A stretch of 51,326 nucleotides of DNA from Octopus bimaculoides. Its lineage: Eukaryota. Of the stretch, positions 36,991 through 49,900 are shown one piece after another (the stretch's first letter is position 1; each line of letters starts with the position of its first letter). Made by a program: the position numbers and the translations under genes. The DNA is taken from contig NC_068987.1 of the NCBI RefSeq assembly GCF_001194135.2, forward strand, positions 35,796,269 through 35,847,594, written 5' to 3'. Under the pieces are notes generated by a model. That model ran no database searches. It was given only the letters and a program-made list of their open reading frames with translations, and was not told the origin of the DNA.

Positions 36991-39319
36991 GACGTACAAA
37001 AATAATGGTATTGTATGGCAGTGAAATTAATAACGAGCTATAAGTATTGTAATAGATATTATCGCCTAACACTATGGTAGGCTGTGTCACATTAGTTCAA
37101 TGTATGAAACTATTAAAGAATATTAAGGTAGCTGTAAAAGCAAAATGAAACAACAACAACAACATAATGACAACAAAAACAACATTGCCTGAGGGATAAT
37201 ATTAACATAGTCACATGTTGATAAGGAAAGAGAAAATTGTAAATTTACTGAAATTTTGAGGCACACAAGTTGATATAGATTTTGAAGAATTGTTCTTTGT
37301 TATTTATATTTGGACATGAAAACTATAGTTGACTAAAATGAAGGCTAATAACTATTGATGTCTATACTTATACTAATCTTTCTTATATTTCCATGTACCT
37401 TTGACGCCTAAGTAAGAATGATATGAGATTTATGCTGGCAACATATGTATAATATAACAAAGCCAATATACTTTAACATAATTTTTGTTTTTATGAAATT
37501 ACAGCACATAGCAACAAATAATAATGACAATTATTGTTATAATGAATATGCCATGTGAAATTATACATAGTGTTTGGTGTAGAAATTGCGATATTTACGC
37601 AAAAAATCTTGCATAACTTTGTAATTGTTTATGAGATATGGACATTGGTGAGAGCCTCAAGCCTACCCTACATCAGGCTAGTGTAATAATGTAATTTCTT
37701 TTCTAGAAAGGAACTTATTCACTTACGGTACAGAGATGTGAAATGTCTAAACCAATCTTCCATATGGTGACATAGTAACTCTCTTTATTAAATACATTTT
37801 TATGGCTACATTCCAGCTTATATAGAATTATCATGCGTGCGCGCGGTACCGTTTATTATTTTCCACGTTATGTAGAGAATTCAGATGAGGAAAATATTTG
37901 TCATGTACTACTTCGTGACTGATTACAGGGGCATTTGTATTTGGCACTATTGCATTAATATTTTAACTTTATATATTAGCTGTAGAAAATAAATTTAATA
38001 ATGTGAATTGATGTCCATGTTGCATGTTTTCATTGAATAACCAAGCTAGATCCCTCACTATTATACACAACATTTTTTTATAAGACCCACATGGGATTTT
38101 GCTTTTTCTTTTTAGTAAATCGAATTTATTCTGTAATTGTGTTCAATCTCTTTTCACAATCTTTTCTATGAAGTGCACATATCTGAGAGGCCCATTTGTT
38201 ATTGTGAAATGCAATGCTATTTTCATTATTTACTAATTTGCCATCATATGTGCTTCATTCTATCATTTTTCAATCCAATACATTTCTCTCGTATGGTGTG
38301 ATTAATGCAATAAATCAAGATTTAAAATTATTTCGAAAGATACAAAGTTGTACGTTTCGAAACCCCTTCATTCTTTGTATCAATATTCAGAGATGTCAAG
38401 TATATTGTTCAGCTGTCTTTAGCATATATACTGCATTTTTTTTTTCTTTTCAACATACCGAACATAATTTATCCATACGTTTCCAAGAAAACCTTAGCAA
38501 AACCTATGTAGACATGGTAATAGAATTAGTTTTATTTTCAAGAATAGCAATCCAGTAGTTCATTTGGTATATTAGCTCAACCAATATTCTCAAAACTACA
38601 TTCAAGAAAAGTGATATAGATTTCTTGTTTAAAGTCGATATGGGCTTTGTAAGATTTCTTCATCCAAAGCTACTGTAAAGCCAAATATTATTGTAAAACA
38701 CTCAGTTTAAATTACTCCATATTGCGTGTCTGTTTTGGTTTGTTATAAGGAAAATAACAGGTCATAGGGAACAATCTTTAGTATAACATTTTTCGTTACG
38801 TTCCTTCTCCTGAAATGTTTCTTAATCTCTTTTTCCATAACCAGTTTTATTATTACTTTTCTTGTTTCGCTTTAGCGCTCTCATTTCTAATAAATTGTTA
38901 AGCATTTGGACTAAGGATATGAATGTATGTATTACTAGTAACAAGAACAGAGAATTATCAAAAATATCTCTACAAGTGTACATGATATTGCAGGTGATAA
39001 AGCGAAACAAAGATTCACCATAAGCTTACATGATTACATGTATATAATATGCCTTCATTTCCATTTAAGATGGTATTACGATATATCTGGCATGAATGCA
39101 CTTTTATGAAATTAATATAGATAAGTTTATTTCACGCCTTTATTTCATCTATGCTGATCATCGAAGATACACACGCCGAATGTAGGACATGGAACAAGAA
39201 GTAGATTTGGATAGCAATGATAAATCAAGATGAAATAGTTGATTTTACATTGACATTGACGTAAACTTAGTAATCTACTATTTTTCCATGACAGTGAGTC
39301 GCAATACGGCGACTGACTA

Positions 39320-40290
39320 AAAGATTCATAGGCCGACTATGAAGAAGAGGCGATAGACGTGTGGAATCTTGCATGCATAAATTTCAGCTCTACTTATTAA
39401 TAAGCGACTTGTTTATGTCAGATAAACTGATATCAGACTGTTGAAAAAAAGACTTTAAAAAAACTAGTAGTAATTAGTTGCGACGTCTCTTGAAAGAGTA
39501 CGTACTGGAAAAGAGTCTATCGCACAATGGTGTTCATACTGATATGGTTGCAACATTAGAGCTTAATCTGCCAGCTCTATCAGCATTGCAAACGTTATCA
39601 GCTGAATTTAGATGGGGGAGAAATAGTCTTGAAAATGAACCATGTGCTGGACGTCCTACCCGGCCGCTTGTGTGGATAATACTGATCGTGTTCAAAACAT
39701 GGTGATGGATAACAACCGAATGGCTATAAATTAAATGGGGGATGCTATATTCCATGAGAAAGTTGAGAATAATTTGGTACATGATATTGGAACGACGGAT
39801 GTCTCCGCCACATCTTCTGACACTTGGTCAAGCGCATCGAGGTGAACACCTCATGGGAAAATCTAACTTCGTTTGAGACAGATACAGCTGGTTTCTTTGA
39901 AAGATTCCCAATTCAAGAGCATTGTTTTGTTTACTACTTTGAGCCAGAAATAATTCATGCAGTGGAAACACTCCTCCTCACCTACCTGAAGCAAGGTCAA
40001 TACCGTTTCATCTGCAGGGAAGATAATGGCCTCAGTTGTTTTTGAATGTAAAAGGCTCTGTGTTTATTAACAATCTTCAAAAGTGTCACACCATCAATGG
40101 AAAGTACTATTCTAAATTGCTGAAGCATTTACCAAAGGCTATCACGATCAAACGTCCAGGACAACTGAGGAAAAGGGATTTGCTCTATCAGGACAATGCT
40201 CCAGTACACAAGCCTTTGGTTTAACTAGATGTTGTGTGTTACTGTGACTTCGAACTAGCTGACCACTCTTCCTATTCTCCGGATAACAAT
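39320..40290 (+). mobile_element. Mariner transposase pseudogene, 3'-truncated
   Basis: 'HTDMVATL...AEFRWGRNSLENEPCAGRPT', 'HTINGKYYSKLLKHL...KRPGQLRKRDLLYQDNAPVH', 'DHSSYSPD'. Confidence 0.88.
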
Positions 40291-40429
40291 TTTCTTTTCT
40301 AACAGGATCGCGTAAAATACCAAAATGTTTGATGATTCCGTCTGCCTATTTCTCATACAGTTCGTCTGAATATCCTTAGACTCTCTTCCTCTTTCTCTCA
40401 ATGTATCCCAGGATGCATGCGTGTGTGTT

Positions 40430-40651
40430 TGTTCTTTTATTCTTTTATTCGTTTCAGTCATTTGCATTCGGCCATGCAGGAGCATCATCCTTAGTGGAAC
40501 AAATCGACCCCGGGATAATTCTTTGTCGGCCTAGTACTTATTCTTTCGGACTCTCTTGCCGAACCGTTAAGTTACGGGGACGTAAATTCACCAACATCGG
40601 TTGTCAAGAAAAAGTGGCGGGGTCAAATGCAGACACACAAATATATATATA
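40430..40651 (-). mobile_element. SINE family A tail
   Basis: 'gtttcagtcatttgcattcggccatgcagg...atcgacccc...ctagtacttattctttcgg...gttaagttacggggacgtaaa'. Confidence 0.85.
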
Positions 40652-41055
40652 NNNNNNNNNNNNNNNNNNNNNNNNNNNNNNNNNNNNNNNNNNNNNNNNN
40701 NNNNNNNNNNNNNNNNNNNNNNNNNNNNNNNNNNNNNNNNNNNNNNNNNNNNNNNNNNNNNNNNNNNNNNNNNNNNNNNNNNNNNNNNNNNNNNNNNNNN
40801 NNNNNNNNNNNNNNNNNNNNNNNNNNNNNNNNNNNNNNNNNNNNNNNNNNNNNNNNNNNNNNNNNNNNNNNNNNNNNNNNNNNNNNNNNNNNNNNNNNNN
40901 NNNNNNNNNNNNNNGATCAATAGGGATCGTGTATCACAGTCGATGTAAAAAGCGGGGAACAGATTAGGTTTATCCGTGGAGAGAAAAGCCTACGGAAAAG
41001 ACCACGGTCACCTCAGGCTTTTTTTTTTAAAGGTACATGAAAGTAAGTACCTTCT

Positions 41056-41122
<67 letters not shown>
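41056..41122. repeat. (GATA)n microsatellite
   Basis: Direct reading. Confidence 0.98.
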
Positions 41123-41480
41123 TGCATTTCCGTGAGAGTTAGAGGTTGGGAAGCCAGCCAGCTAAGGGATAGCATCTATCCAATATACTGCTGGTAGTGT
41201 CCCCAATTATTAATACCCACGTGCTGGTTATTTCGTGGTAATTTCGAAATCTAGCGTGATATACGGGTGGGAGTTAAAAGTGGTTTAACCTGAATTTATA
41301 CGGCAAAAACAAAATGGAGGGGATACAAAAATGACATACATCAGCCGGTAGACATTCTATTATGTCTATTTATTCCAAAACAAAAGGGAGTATTATAAGA
41401 ATACATAAACATGCAAATACTGTGTGCTACAAAAAATATATACTGGTAATACATAAAAGAGTAAAAGATTAAGAGATCAG

Positions 41481-41607
41481 TTCCTTACGGCCGTTTCTGC
41501 CAAGAGGCCACGCTATCCTCCATGCTAGCTCCATCTCTTCAGTGTTCTGAAAGAATGGGTAGATAGAGACTGGATGTTGAGTGTGCCTCTAGTCTTCATC
41601 AGAGGGT
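41481..41607 (-). ncRNA. Type-I hammerhead ribozyme motif with long helix II insert
   Basis: The minus strand reads CCT-CTGATGA-AGACTAGAGGC...GCCTCTTGGCA-GAAA-CGGCCG-TA-AGG. The core is intact and helix III is the palindrome ACGGCCGT. Helix II is partly mismatched and holds an insert of about 75 nt. Confidence 0.75.
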
Positions 41608-41789
41608 CTAAATGTCTAGGAGAGCCAATATATACAAGAGTCTGTTACTAATAGTCACAGTATATTTTTCTTATTGAAGAGGGCGTAAGAAGAATAGGAG
41701 CAAGACTTAGAGTGCGAGAGTAATAAAATTTAGTAAAAAGTATTAGGCATAGGAAAGAGATATAAGTCATAGACCTCAAGTTTTCTCTC

Positions 41790-42180
41790 CCAATATTCAT
41801 GTTATTTTGTCCAGTGGTGGATATGTAGGTATATTCCTTCTAAGGATGAGTTTTTTAGGAAGGGTATATTTAGGATGTGGTTCTTATTTTGTTTGCATAT
41901 AAATACACGTTCTGTTTGTGTTTACAGTGGTGGATTTGAAAGTATGGGTTGAAGTATGGTCCGTGTTTCAGAGGTGGAAGTTCATATGTAGAATGTCAGT
42001 TGGTATTAAAGCGAGTATGGCACCAGGTGGTGACCAAAGTACGGTGTCCGTGCTCGTTACTTTTTCGATCAACAAGTCCCTGAATCCTTGTCTGTAGTGG
42101 TTATGGTCAGTCCTGCAACCTAATTAGTCAGCTAAATTTTTGAAAACTATGACGCGGTTCCAGTTTGCTGATGGTTAACA
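41790..42180 (-). mobile_element. Decayed Penelope-like C-terminal remnant upstream of the 41481 hammerhead
   Basis: Weak motifs 'FRDLL', 'HCKHKQNVYLY', 'TTGQNNMNI' (like NLRD.L, C...NVIY, T..P.G+NI), plus position 5' of a hammerhead. Confidence 0.45.
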
Positions 42181-42514
42181 GATAACACAATAAGTATAGA
42201 TTTATAGGGGGGCCCAAAAATAGGTATGTATGTAGGTAATTATGAGGTATAAAATAGTCATGTAAGGTAGAAAAATCACATCATGGAAAAGAAAAAGGGA
42301 ATACAGTAGTCAAATCTCTAACATCAAGTAGAAGTTAATGTGTGATTTAGGAATCACAATACATAAGAATTATAGAAAGTATTTAATATATCAAATATCG
42401 TAAAACTAAACTTATTTTAAAATTTACTTAATTAGCATATCTCTAAAGTAACTACAATCCAATCTAGACTAAAAGAAAGTGAACGCTATAGTATATATAT
42501 ATATATGTATATAT

Positions 42515-42680
42515 ATGACGGGCTTCATTCAGTTTCCGTCTACGAAATCCACCCACAAGGCATTGGTCGGACCGAGACTATATTAGAAAACACTTACACA
42601 AGGTGCCACGCAGCTGGACTGAACCCGGAACCATATGGTTGGAAAGCAAGCCTCTTACCACACAGCCACTCCTGCGCTTA
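42515..42680 (-). mobile_element. SINE family A head
   Basis: 'gacgggcttcattcagtttccgtctacgaaatccac...ggactgaacccggaaccatatggttggaaagcaagcctcttaccacacagccactcctgcgc'. Confidence 0.9.
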
Positions 42681-42799
42681 AATATACATAAGTAATATTA
42701 TATAATATAAAATTAAATACCGCTCAAATGCGTTTAAGCTTTAACTCCGAATTCCTTATCCAAGACTGTGTTCAGTGCGTGAAGATTGGTTATAATTAA

Positions 42800-43670
42800 G
42801 AGAGACTTATTTATTCCACTACGCCAAATTTTCGATCGATTATAGCTTCCATAAATAGATCTAAACTGAGATTTAAGAATTCTACCCAGTCAAATCTATA
42901 TATTGGATCCCATAACTCAACAACCGGTACTAATTCTAATAGAAATATTACGCCAGACCACAGTCTACAAGCTGTGGATGCTCTGATCTCAATTAATCCG
43001 AAAATTAATGCTGCTAGAAAAAGAAAACATGTAATTGCCGCATGCAGGACTCATGCCAACTTGGCGGATCCTGTTTGCACAGAAATGTAGTTTATAGATG
43101 CTGTGTAGATTCCTACTACACACAGGTTAAGGGCATACATAGGACGACCTATTGATTTTAAACGTCGCTATAGTTCTCATTAAAATATAAATTCACTACA
43201 ATGCTAGCAACATATATTCACGAAGTTAAGCTAAAGAATATAAAATATTCATTGCGTTCATCTATAATAGCAGAAGCCCCCTTACAATACAATTACCCGT
43301 GCATGTAAATTATGTATTAAAGAGTCTATAAATATTCTCTCTTGATATATATATATATATTATTGAATAAGTTCTCGGGTGCTATGTACTCTTGTAACTA
43401 TAGATTTAAACATTTTGATAAATCAGGATAGATTGATCATTTAATTCTATGATTAGGTACATTCCACTTAATATTTATGTTCGCCCCTCCCCTGCTCCTT
43501 CCTCTTAGTCCTTATTTACCTGCATATGATCTACCATATTTTTTAAATTTCACTTGCCACAATTCATTCTATAACATCGGCTCTTCCTGCTAACACGTGT
43601 ACTTTTCTTTAAAACCAAAACCCATTTGCTAATTACAACAGAGGATGAGATGTGAAAACTTAAATAATGC
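42800..43670 (+). mobile_element. Penelope-like GIY-YIG remnant plus 3' UTR
   Basis: 'INRSKLRF...IGSHN', 'TCNCRMQDSCQLGGSCLHRNVVYRCCVDS' (43027-43112), then after a frameshift 'AYIGRPIDFKRRYSSH'. Confidence 0.85.
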
Positions 43671-43673
43671 ATT

Positions 43674-43762
43674 CTCCCTGATGAAGGAGACGGTGTCTAA
43701 AATTTGAATAGGAATCTTATTCAAATACATGTATTACTGTACCCTTGAAATGGCCGTCGGAG
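43674..43762 (+). ncRNA. Type-I hammerhead ribozyme motif with extended helix II
   Basis: CTCC-CTGATGA-AGG...CTT-GAAA-TGGCCG-TC-GGAG. Helix I is 4 bp and helix III is ATGGCCGT (one change from the palindrome ACGGCCGT). Helix II contains a 9-bp hairpin ATTTGAATA/TATTCAAAT. Confidence 0.75.
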
Positions 43763-44829
43763 TACCTACATCGAATAATTGGAAACCTCAGCCTCCATCC
43801 TAAAAACGTTTTAATTCACTTTTCGTAAGGATTATTTCTTTAATATGTGTCAACATCTTTAACGACGCGTTTAATCTATAAGTAGTACAATGGTTTCCAT
43901 ACATACCTTTTAAGATGTTAACATATATTTTTATACATCAATATTTTCATACTTCAATATAGTTGTTCTACCTATATATGTATATCATATTTATATATAT
44001 TTATGAATCCATAAATTTTTAATATCTTTTAATATTTCAATGATTTAATGATTGATGCATTAAATATATTTTAATAATTTGCATACACCGGTTTATGGCT
44101 GAGTGTATGTTTATCTAAATTTTAGAACCTAATTGAACTCTCTCCTTAAATATATATATAGNNNNNNNNNNNNNNNNNNNNNNNNNNNNNNNNNNNNNNN
44201 NNNNNNNNNNNNNNNNNNNNNNNNNNNNNNNNNNNNNNNNNNNNNNNNNNNNNNNNNNNNNNNNNNNNNNNNNNNNNNNNNNNNNNNNNNNNNNNNNNNN
44301 NNNNNNNNNNNNNNNNNNNNNNNNNNNNNNNNNNNNNNNNNNNNNNNNNNNNNNNNNNNNNNNNNNNNNNNNNNNNNNNNNNNNNNNNNNNNNNNNNNNN
44401 NNNNNNNNNNNNNNNNNNNNNNNNNNNNNNNNNNNNNNNNNNNNNNNNNNNNNNNNNNNNNNNNNNNNNNNNNNNNNNNNNNNNNNNNNNNNNNNNNNNN
44501 NNNNNNNNNNNNNNNNNNNNNNNNNNNNNNNNNNNNNNNNNNNNNNNNNNNNNNNNNNNNNNNNNNNNNNNNNNNNNNNNNNNNNNNNNNNNNNNNNNNN
44601 NNNNNNNNNNNNNNNNNNNNNNNNNNNNNNNNNNNNNNNNNNNTATATACTTTAATAATATTTTATGAAATTTTATATTGTACATTAAATATTATATTGT
44701 ACTTCATGTTCATTTGTTGCGGGCGCAATCAAATGAACAAACACGCACGGTGTAACGAAATGAATATTTTGAAAGTAGCTAGCAAGTTTAAAGTAATTTG
44801 TTGCTCTTCTTTGCTTGTAGGATGTTTGT

Positions 44830-45200
44830 TTTCATCATCATGTGAGAATTAAGGATCCTCTCCGTCTTTTCATACACTTGTATCGTTGTTTCCCTCATAT
44901 TGGTGATGTGAGGTTGCATCACCTAAATGTAGTGCAGCAGGCTGTCTATTGACAGTCTGCCGGACTTGTCAGTGGGAAGCACAAAACGTCCCAATCTTTT
45001 GTGTGCTGCATGTGCTTGCTCAGTCCACTTATGGATTTCTTATCGACTTGCTGTGCCTCTCTTCCACTCTGTCTTCTAGTGTATTGTTCCAAAATCTAAG
45101 TTCGGTTCTAGCTATGATGAAGTGTGCTTCTATTTCGTCGTTTGTCTGTTGTGTGACGTAAACCATTTTGTTGAACGGGAGGGGTTATCGGATAAATGCG
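44830..45200 (-). mobile_element. Penelope-like RT N-terminal fragment (same family as 11940-14520)
   Basis: Minus strand 'LPTDKSGRLSIDSLLHYI*VMQPHITNMRETTIQ'. Shares 'tgtatcgttgtttccctcatattgg' with about 14495-14520. Confidence 0.8.
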
Positions 45201-45663
45201 ATTCATATCGACGACTTATCACATGATTTGAAGAAAAAGATTAAGCAGGAGTATAAACGAGCACGGAAAATGTCACTGAAAAGTAACATATGTATAACGA
45301 ATTATTTCTAGAAAATGGACATGTGTTAAGATCAGAATAGTAATAAACGAGTGAAGAGTGCATATATACTGCGTGTGTCTATTTGGCAAAAATAGATGAC
45401 CGTACCGAAAAATAACAATATATGTTTCAACACACAATTTCATATCAGGAATCTTGCAACACAAATTCGTAAACGTATATATGTATATATNNNNNNNNNN
45501 NNNNNNNNNNNNNNNNNNNNNNNNNNNNNNNNNNNNNNNNNNNNNNNNNNNNNNNNNNNNNNNNNNNNNNNNNNNNNNNNNNNNNNNNNNNNNNNNNNNN
45601 NNNNNNNNNNNNNNNNNNNNNNNNNNNNNNNNNNNNNNNNNNNNNNNNNNNNNNNNNNNNNNN

Positions 45664-45697
<34 letters not shown>

Positions 45698-47200
45698 GAG
45701 GTGTGTTCTGTTAAGAACGTATTAGAGTACAGATACTGTATGGTTGCATTCATTGATTCTGCTCAGAAGATCCTCTGTGCTGTCACATACAATCCGGGGA
45801 GGATAATGATCCGAGGGATGTAGTACAAAAGAGGATGTAGTACAAATACGAGTAGCTTCAAAGAAGAAGCCATGCATGTTGCAGCATGGAAATCTAAATT
45901 TTGCTTATTCTAATCTAATTATTGTGGAAATTTTTGAAAAACTGTTATTACACCAAACGCAATTTTACAGTTAGCCTTCAATCTGGAATTACAAATTAGA
46001 CCACTCCATGTATATACTAGATGATATTGTATATTATATATATCCTAGATTATTATATATCCTAGATTATATTATGATGAAAGTTTAACGACATCCCCTG
46101 CCTAACGATAGATTACTCGCATATACTGTCTTTATACATCCTAGTCGAAATATATCAATATTGAAATCAAAACGTGTCGGTATGTTGCACATTTCCGTAT
46201 TTGTTTATATATCTATATGTTTGTAGATAAAATATACATCGAGTGATTACTTCACGTGAGTAGTTATTCAATAAATAGAGGTCAATAAAATGTATATCAA
46301 TTTGAAACTAGTGCAACGATTGATATGACTGAATAAAAGCTATGCACTTGATGCCTCTTGTATGACCGCATTTCGATGGATGAAATGCGTAAATGAATAA
46401 GAGAAGTAAACATGATATGTGGGTATATATATCTTCCGACTTATGTGCTCGAGTGTTTATGTTTAAAGAATGTATATGTGAAATGAGTATTTTCTAGCAC
46501 GCGAGTATGATATTGAAGCTCCAACTAATTCTGATATATCTCTACATTATTTTGGATTGATGGGAAAAGAAATTTATGGTCTGTAAGAAAACTGCGAGTT
46601 GTTGGGAAACTATGACAAGTATAAGTAGATGATATTATTTGTTATGACATTCTTTGTCAAAGTAGTTTACTAACTTTCGAAAACGGAATTGTTTCTAAGT
46701 ATTTGCGGCTCAATACGCGGTTCGATATCATATTTATATAGTTTCCTGCCACTTTGTATGCATCTTCCATTATTATGATAGAATCGAAAGTAAAATTCTC
46801 AAATTTGCTGCAATAGTGTCATTCTGCATTGATCCGTCACTGATTCGGTTGTACTATTTTCATGAAATTTACTTTTTATTTTCTTGAACTATTCTTCCAT
46901 GAAATCTTTATTCTGTATTTATTTACCACAAATATATATTGGCAACACTAGTGATTTATTCTTATATTCAATGCACCCGTATTCTAAAGTTGTTCGTCAT
47001 AATAAAAAAAAAATATTTCACCTACTCTCTTGATACTACAGAAACGTATTTCCAATACTTAATGCCCCAGACCGTCCTAGCAAATGAGCTCCAGATAAAC
47101 GTTATTTGTGATCTCCCAAACTTTTAGCAATAGTGTTCGAGTCTTTGTGAAATTTCCCACTAAAACCATGAAATGTTATAGTGTCGTAAAATGTAATCCT

Positions 47201-47239
<39 letters not shown>

Positions 47240-47258
47240 GGTTTTACTTTATATAGTA

Positions 47259-48513
47259 TTGGGTTAGCAACTAAGTTGCCGCGGTTTTATAAATTTTGGA
47301 ATCTATTTTTTCGAGAATTCTATTTTTGAATCATTTTGGAATCTTTTTTTCTTTTTCTAGTTAATTTTAGTTATTTTTTGTTTATTTTCAGATCATTAAA
47401 ATGGAATGTTAAGTTATGGAAAATTAGCATTTTCGACACCTCCTTGCTTTCGCTTTTAGTAAAGGTTCTAAGGCCGCATAAGCTGCTCACGACATTTGTG
47501 CTGCGTATGGAGAGGGTGCCCTGACTGACAGAACCGCTCGTGGCTTGTATGCCGAGTTCAAAAATGGAAATTTTGACCTCAAAGTCGCACCTCATTCTGG
47601 CCGTCCTGTTGAGTTCGATGAAGAACGATTAAACCAACTTCTGCACGGAAATTCTCGTCAAACAACAAAGGAGCTGGCAGAGAAAATGGAATGCTCCCAC
47701 ACTGCTATAGAGAAGCATCGTCAGTTGATGGGAAAGATTCAGAAGTATGGAGCATGGGTTCCGCATGCTTTAAGTGACAAAAACAAAAATCAACGAGCCA
47801 CAATCTCCTCTGGTATGCTTGCTTGCCACCGCTCAACTCAGAGACACAAGCAACGATTTTTTAATCAAATCGTTACTGGCGACGAAATGTAGCGCCTGTA
47901 CATCAATATGAAGCAGTGTAAGAAATGGCTTAGCCCCGGTAAACAAGCGACACCGCGCGTGAAACAAGATCTTCATCCGCGTAAAACGATGTTGTGCGTA
48001 TGGTGGGACTAGGAATGGATTATCCATTACAAATTGCTTGAACAGGACCAAACGGTCAACGCAGAACTATGTTTTTACAGATCGAATGACTCAACACGGC
48101 TACTCAAGAGAAAAGACCTAATCTGCAGCATGGAGTTCTTTTGCTGCATGACAACGCCCGCCATCATATCGCCAATATTACCAAGGAAACCATTCAAACG
48201 CGTGGCTGGGAAGTGCTGCCACACCTGCCATACTCTCCTGAGTTGGCCCCCAACGGATTTCTACCTCTTTCGATCTCTTTCAAATGCTATGTGCGGAGTT
48301 CCGTTCAATACTGATACAGAATTGAGAGCTTGGTTAGATCAATTTTTCGAGTCGAATTCGGATGATTTCTACCAACGAGGTATTGGAAATCTTGTTGGTC
48401 GTTGGGAAGAAGTTGAAAACAAGAAGGGTTGAATACATTAGTTTTATTTTTTATTAAACCTTTTTAAAAAAATTATGCTTAAAACAACGACGAGAACTTA
48501 GTCGCCAGCCCAA
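47259..48513 (+). mobile_element. Full-length mariner element (1255 bp), transposase pseudogenised
   Basis: TIRs 'ttgggttagcaactaagttgccgcggtt' / (rc) 'ttgggctggcgactaagttctcgtcgtt', with TA at 47257-47258 and 48514-48515. Motifs 'FKNGNFDL...SGRP', 'WVPHAL', 'IVTGDE', 'LLHDNAR', 'PYSPELAPTDFYLFRSL'. Contains stops and frameshifts. Confidence 0.95.
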
Positions 48514-49199
48514 TATATAGAAAAGTGCAAAATGATCACAGTTGAACATCTCCACCCCTGAATTTACTGCGTTTGGGCTAATATGCAAATAAAAGCCATA
48601 CATTTTCTGATCTTTACCAACCATACTTTAATATTGAACGATGGAATCGGGATACATATGCATACTTTGAGACAAATAGAAAACCGGGCATTTCTAAAAT
48701 CCAAATAAAATATATGTATATTGATATGTACCTATTTATCTAGCTACTCACACATGTGTACTTATATACTGATATATAATGCTTAATAAGATAACGAAGA
48801 TGCACAGTAACAAGATACTGCACTTTAGGGACACCTTTTGCGGAATAAATCAGGGGTGCGATGAATATGATGCTATTTAATATGGCTAGTACCTGCATGA
48901 ACGATTCGATCAAATTGAAGATTCCAGAAACACTAGGGACTTGTTGCTAAAAAACGGAATAGTAGCAAGTTTGGTGTCATGGTCAGGATGCAAAGGAATA
49001 GATTAGATTGAAGAGGCAAGTGGATCGGTGGTACTAGAGTAGTGGAAATGATGAAGGATTTTTGTTTATGTGTAAATATAAGGGTTATACATGTTTTAGT
49101 AATAGTCGACTGAGGAGGATGGTTATTTTATCGTTAATGCAACTTACATTACATTTATTATTATGCCACATACATTATATTTGCTTGGAAGGTTTTTTT

Positions 49200-49900
49200 T
49201 AAAAAAATTATGGTAATTTGAATGCGCGGTAATTGTAGACCTGCATTGAGAGATTTGTATTTATCTTCATGTGAATTGAATTTTCTTAATGCCCTATACC
49301 GTAGAGAAAATATAGGTTTCATCAAACAACGCCGTAGATGCTGCACATGTATCGATGACAGTTTTAATTTCCGCATTGCAACGTTGCTTGGCCGAATAGT
49401 AGAATTCCCTTTTGGATGGATTATAATGTATTTGTCCGTCAAGTCATTAGATATGGTAGAAGTATAAAGTTTGAGTGTTTGGGGATGGGTTAATTTGTTA
49501 AAGGTACACTTGGAGAAATAAGTTTACAGTAGTAAAATATTGGTTAGATAGTTTAACTGTTGAATATGTAAACACGATGATGTTTCCACAACGTATGCAA
49601 TAACATCCCTTATACAGTTGACAATGAGACTGTAAGGAGTGTAAGTTGTTTAATTAGGTAGGCTTAATTTACTGTCTACAAGTATTGGGGTATTGGTTTT
49701 ACATGTACTGTTATGTACAACGTCACTTCCAGTGGGTATCTGCCATTCTTATGGGACATACTGTCATTTCCGTTGGGTGATGCGAATTGACTCTCAGCGC
49801 CATATATCGATCTTTCGGTTCGTTGGCAGTGCACGGTTAAGACGTGAGTATGGTTTCTGTAAATTTCTCTGCAACAGGGGGGGCGTTTCGTTATATATGG
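49200..49900 (-). mobile_element. Decayed Penelope-like fragment (RT thumb to GIY-YIG end)
   Basis: Minus strand 'VNSHHP', 'KNGRYPLEVTL', 'VHVKPIPQYL' (like LNS.HP, +PFLD+.+, VYRKPT..YL) and 'KSLNAGLQLPRI'. Confidence 0.55.

Noticed and set aside
46600-47130. Possible PLE RT trace ('SVANIY') on the minus strand
   Set aside because: A single weak motif, not enough to call.
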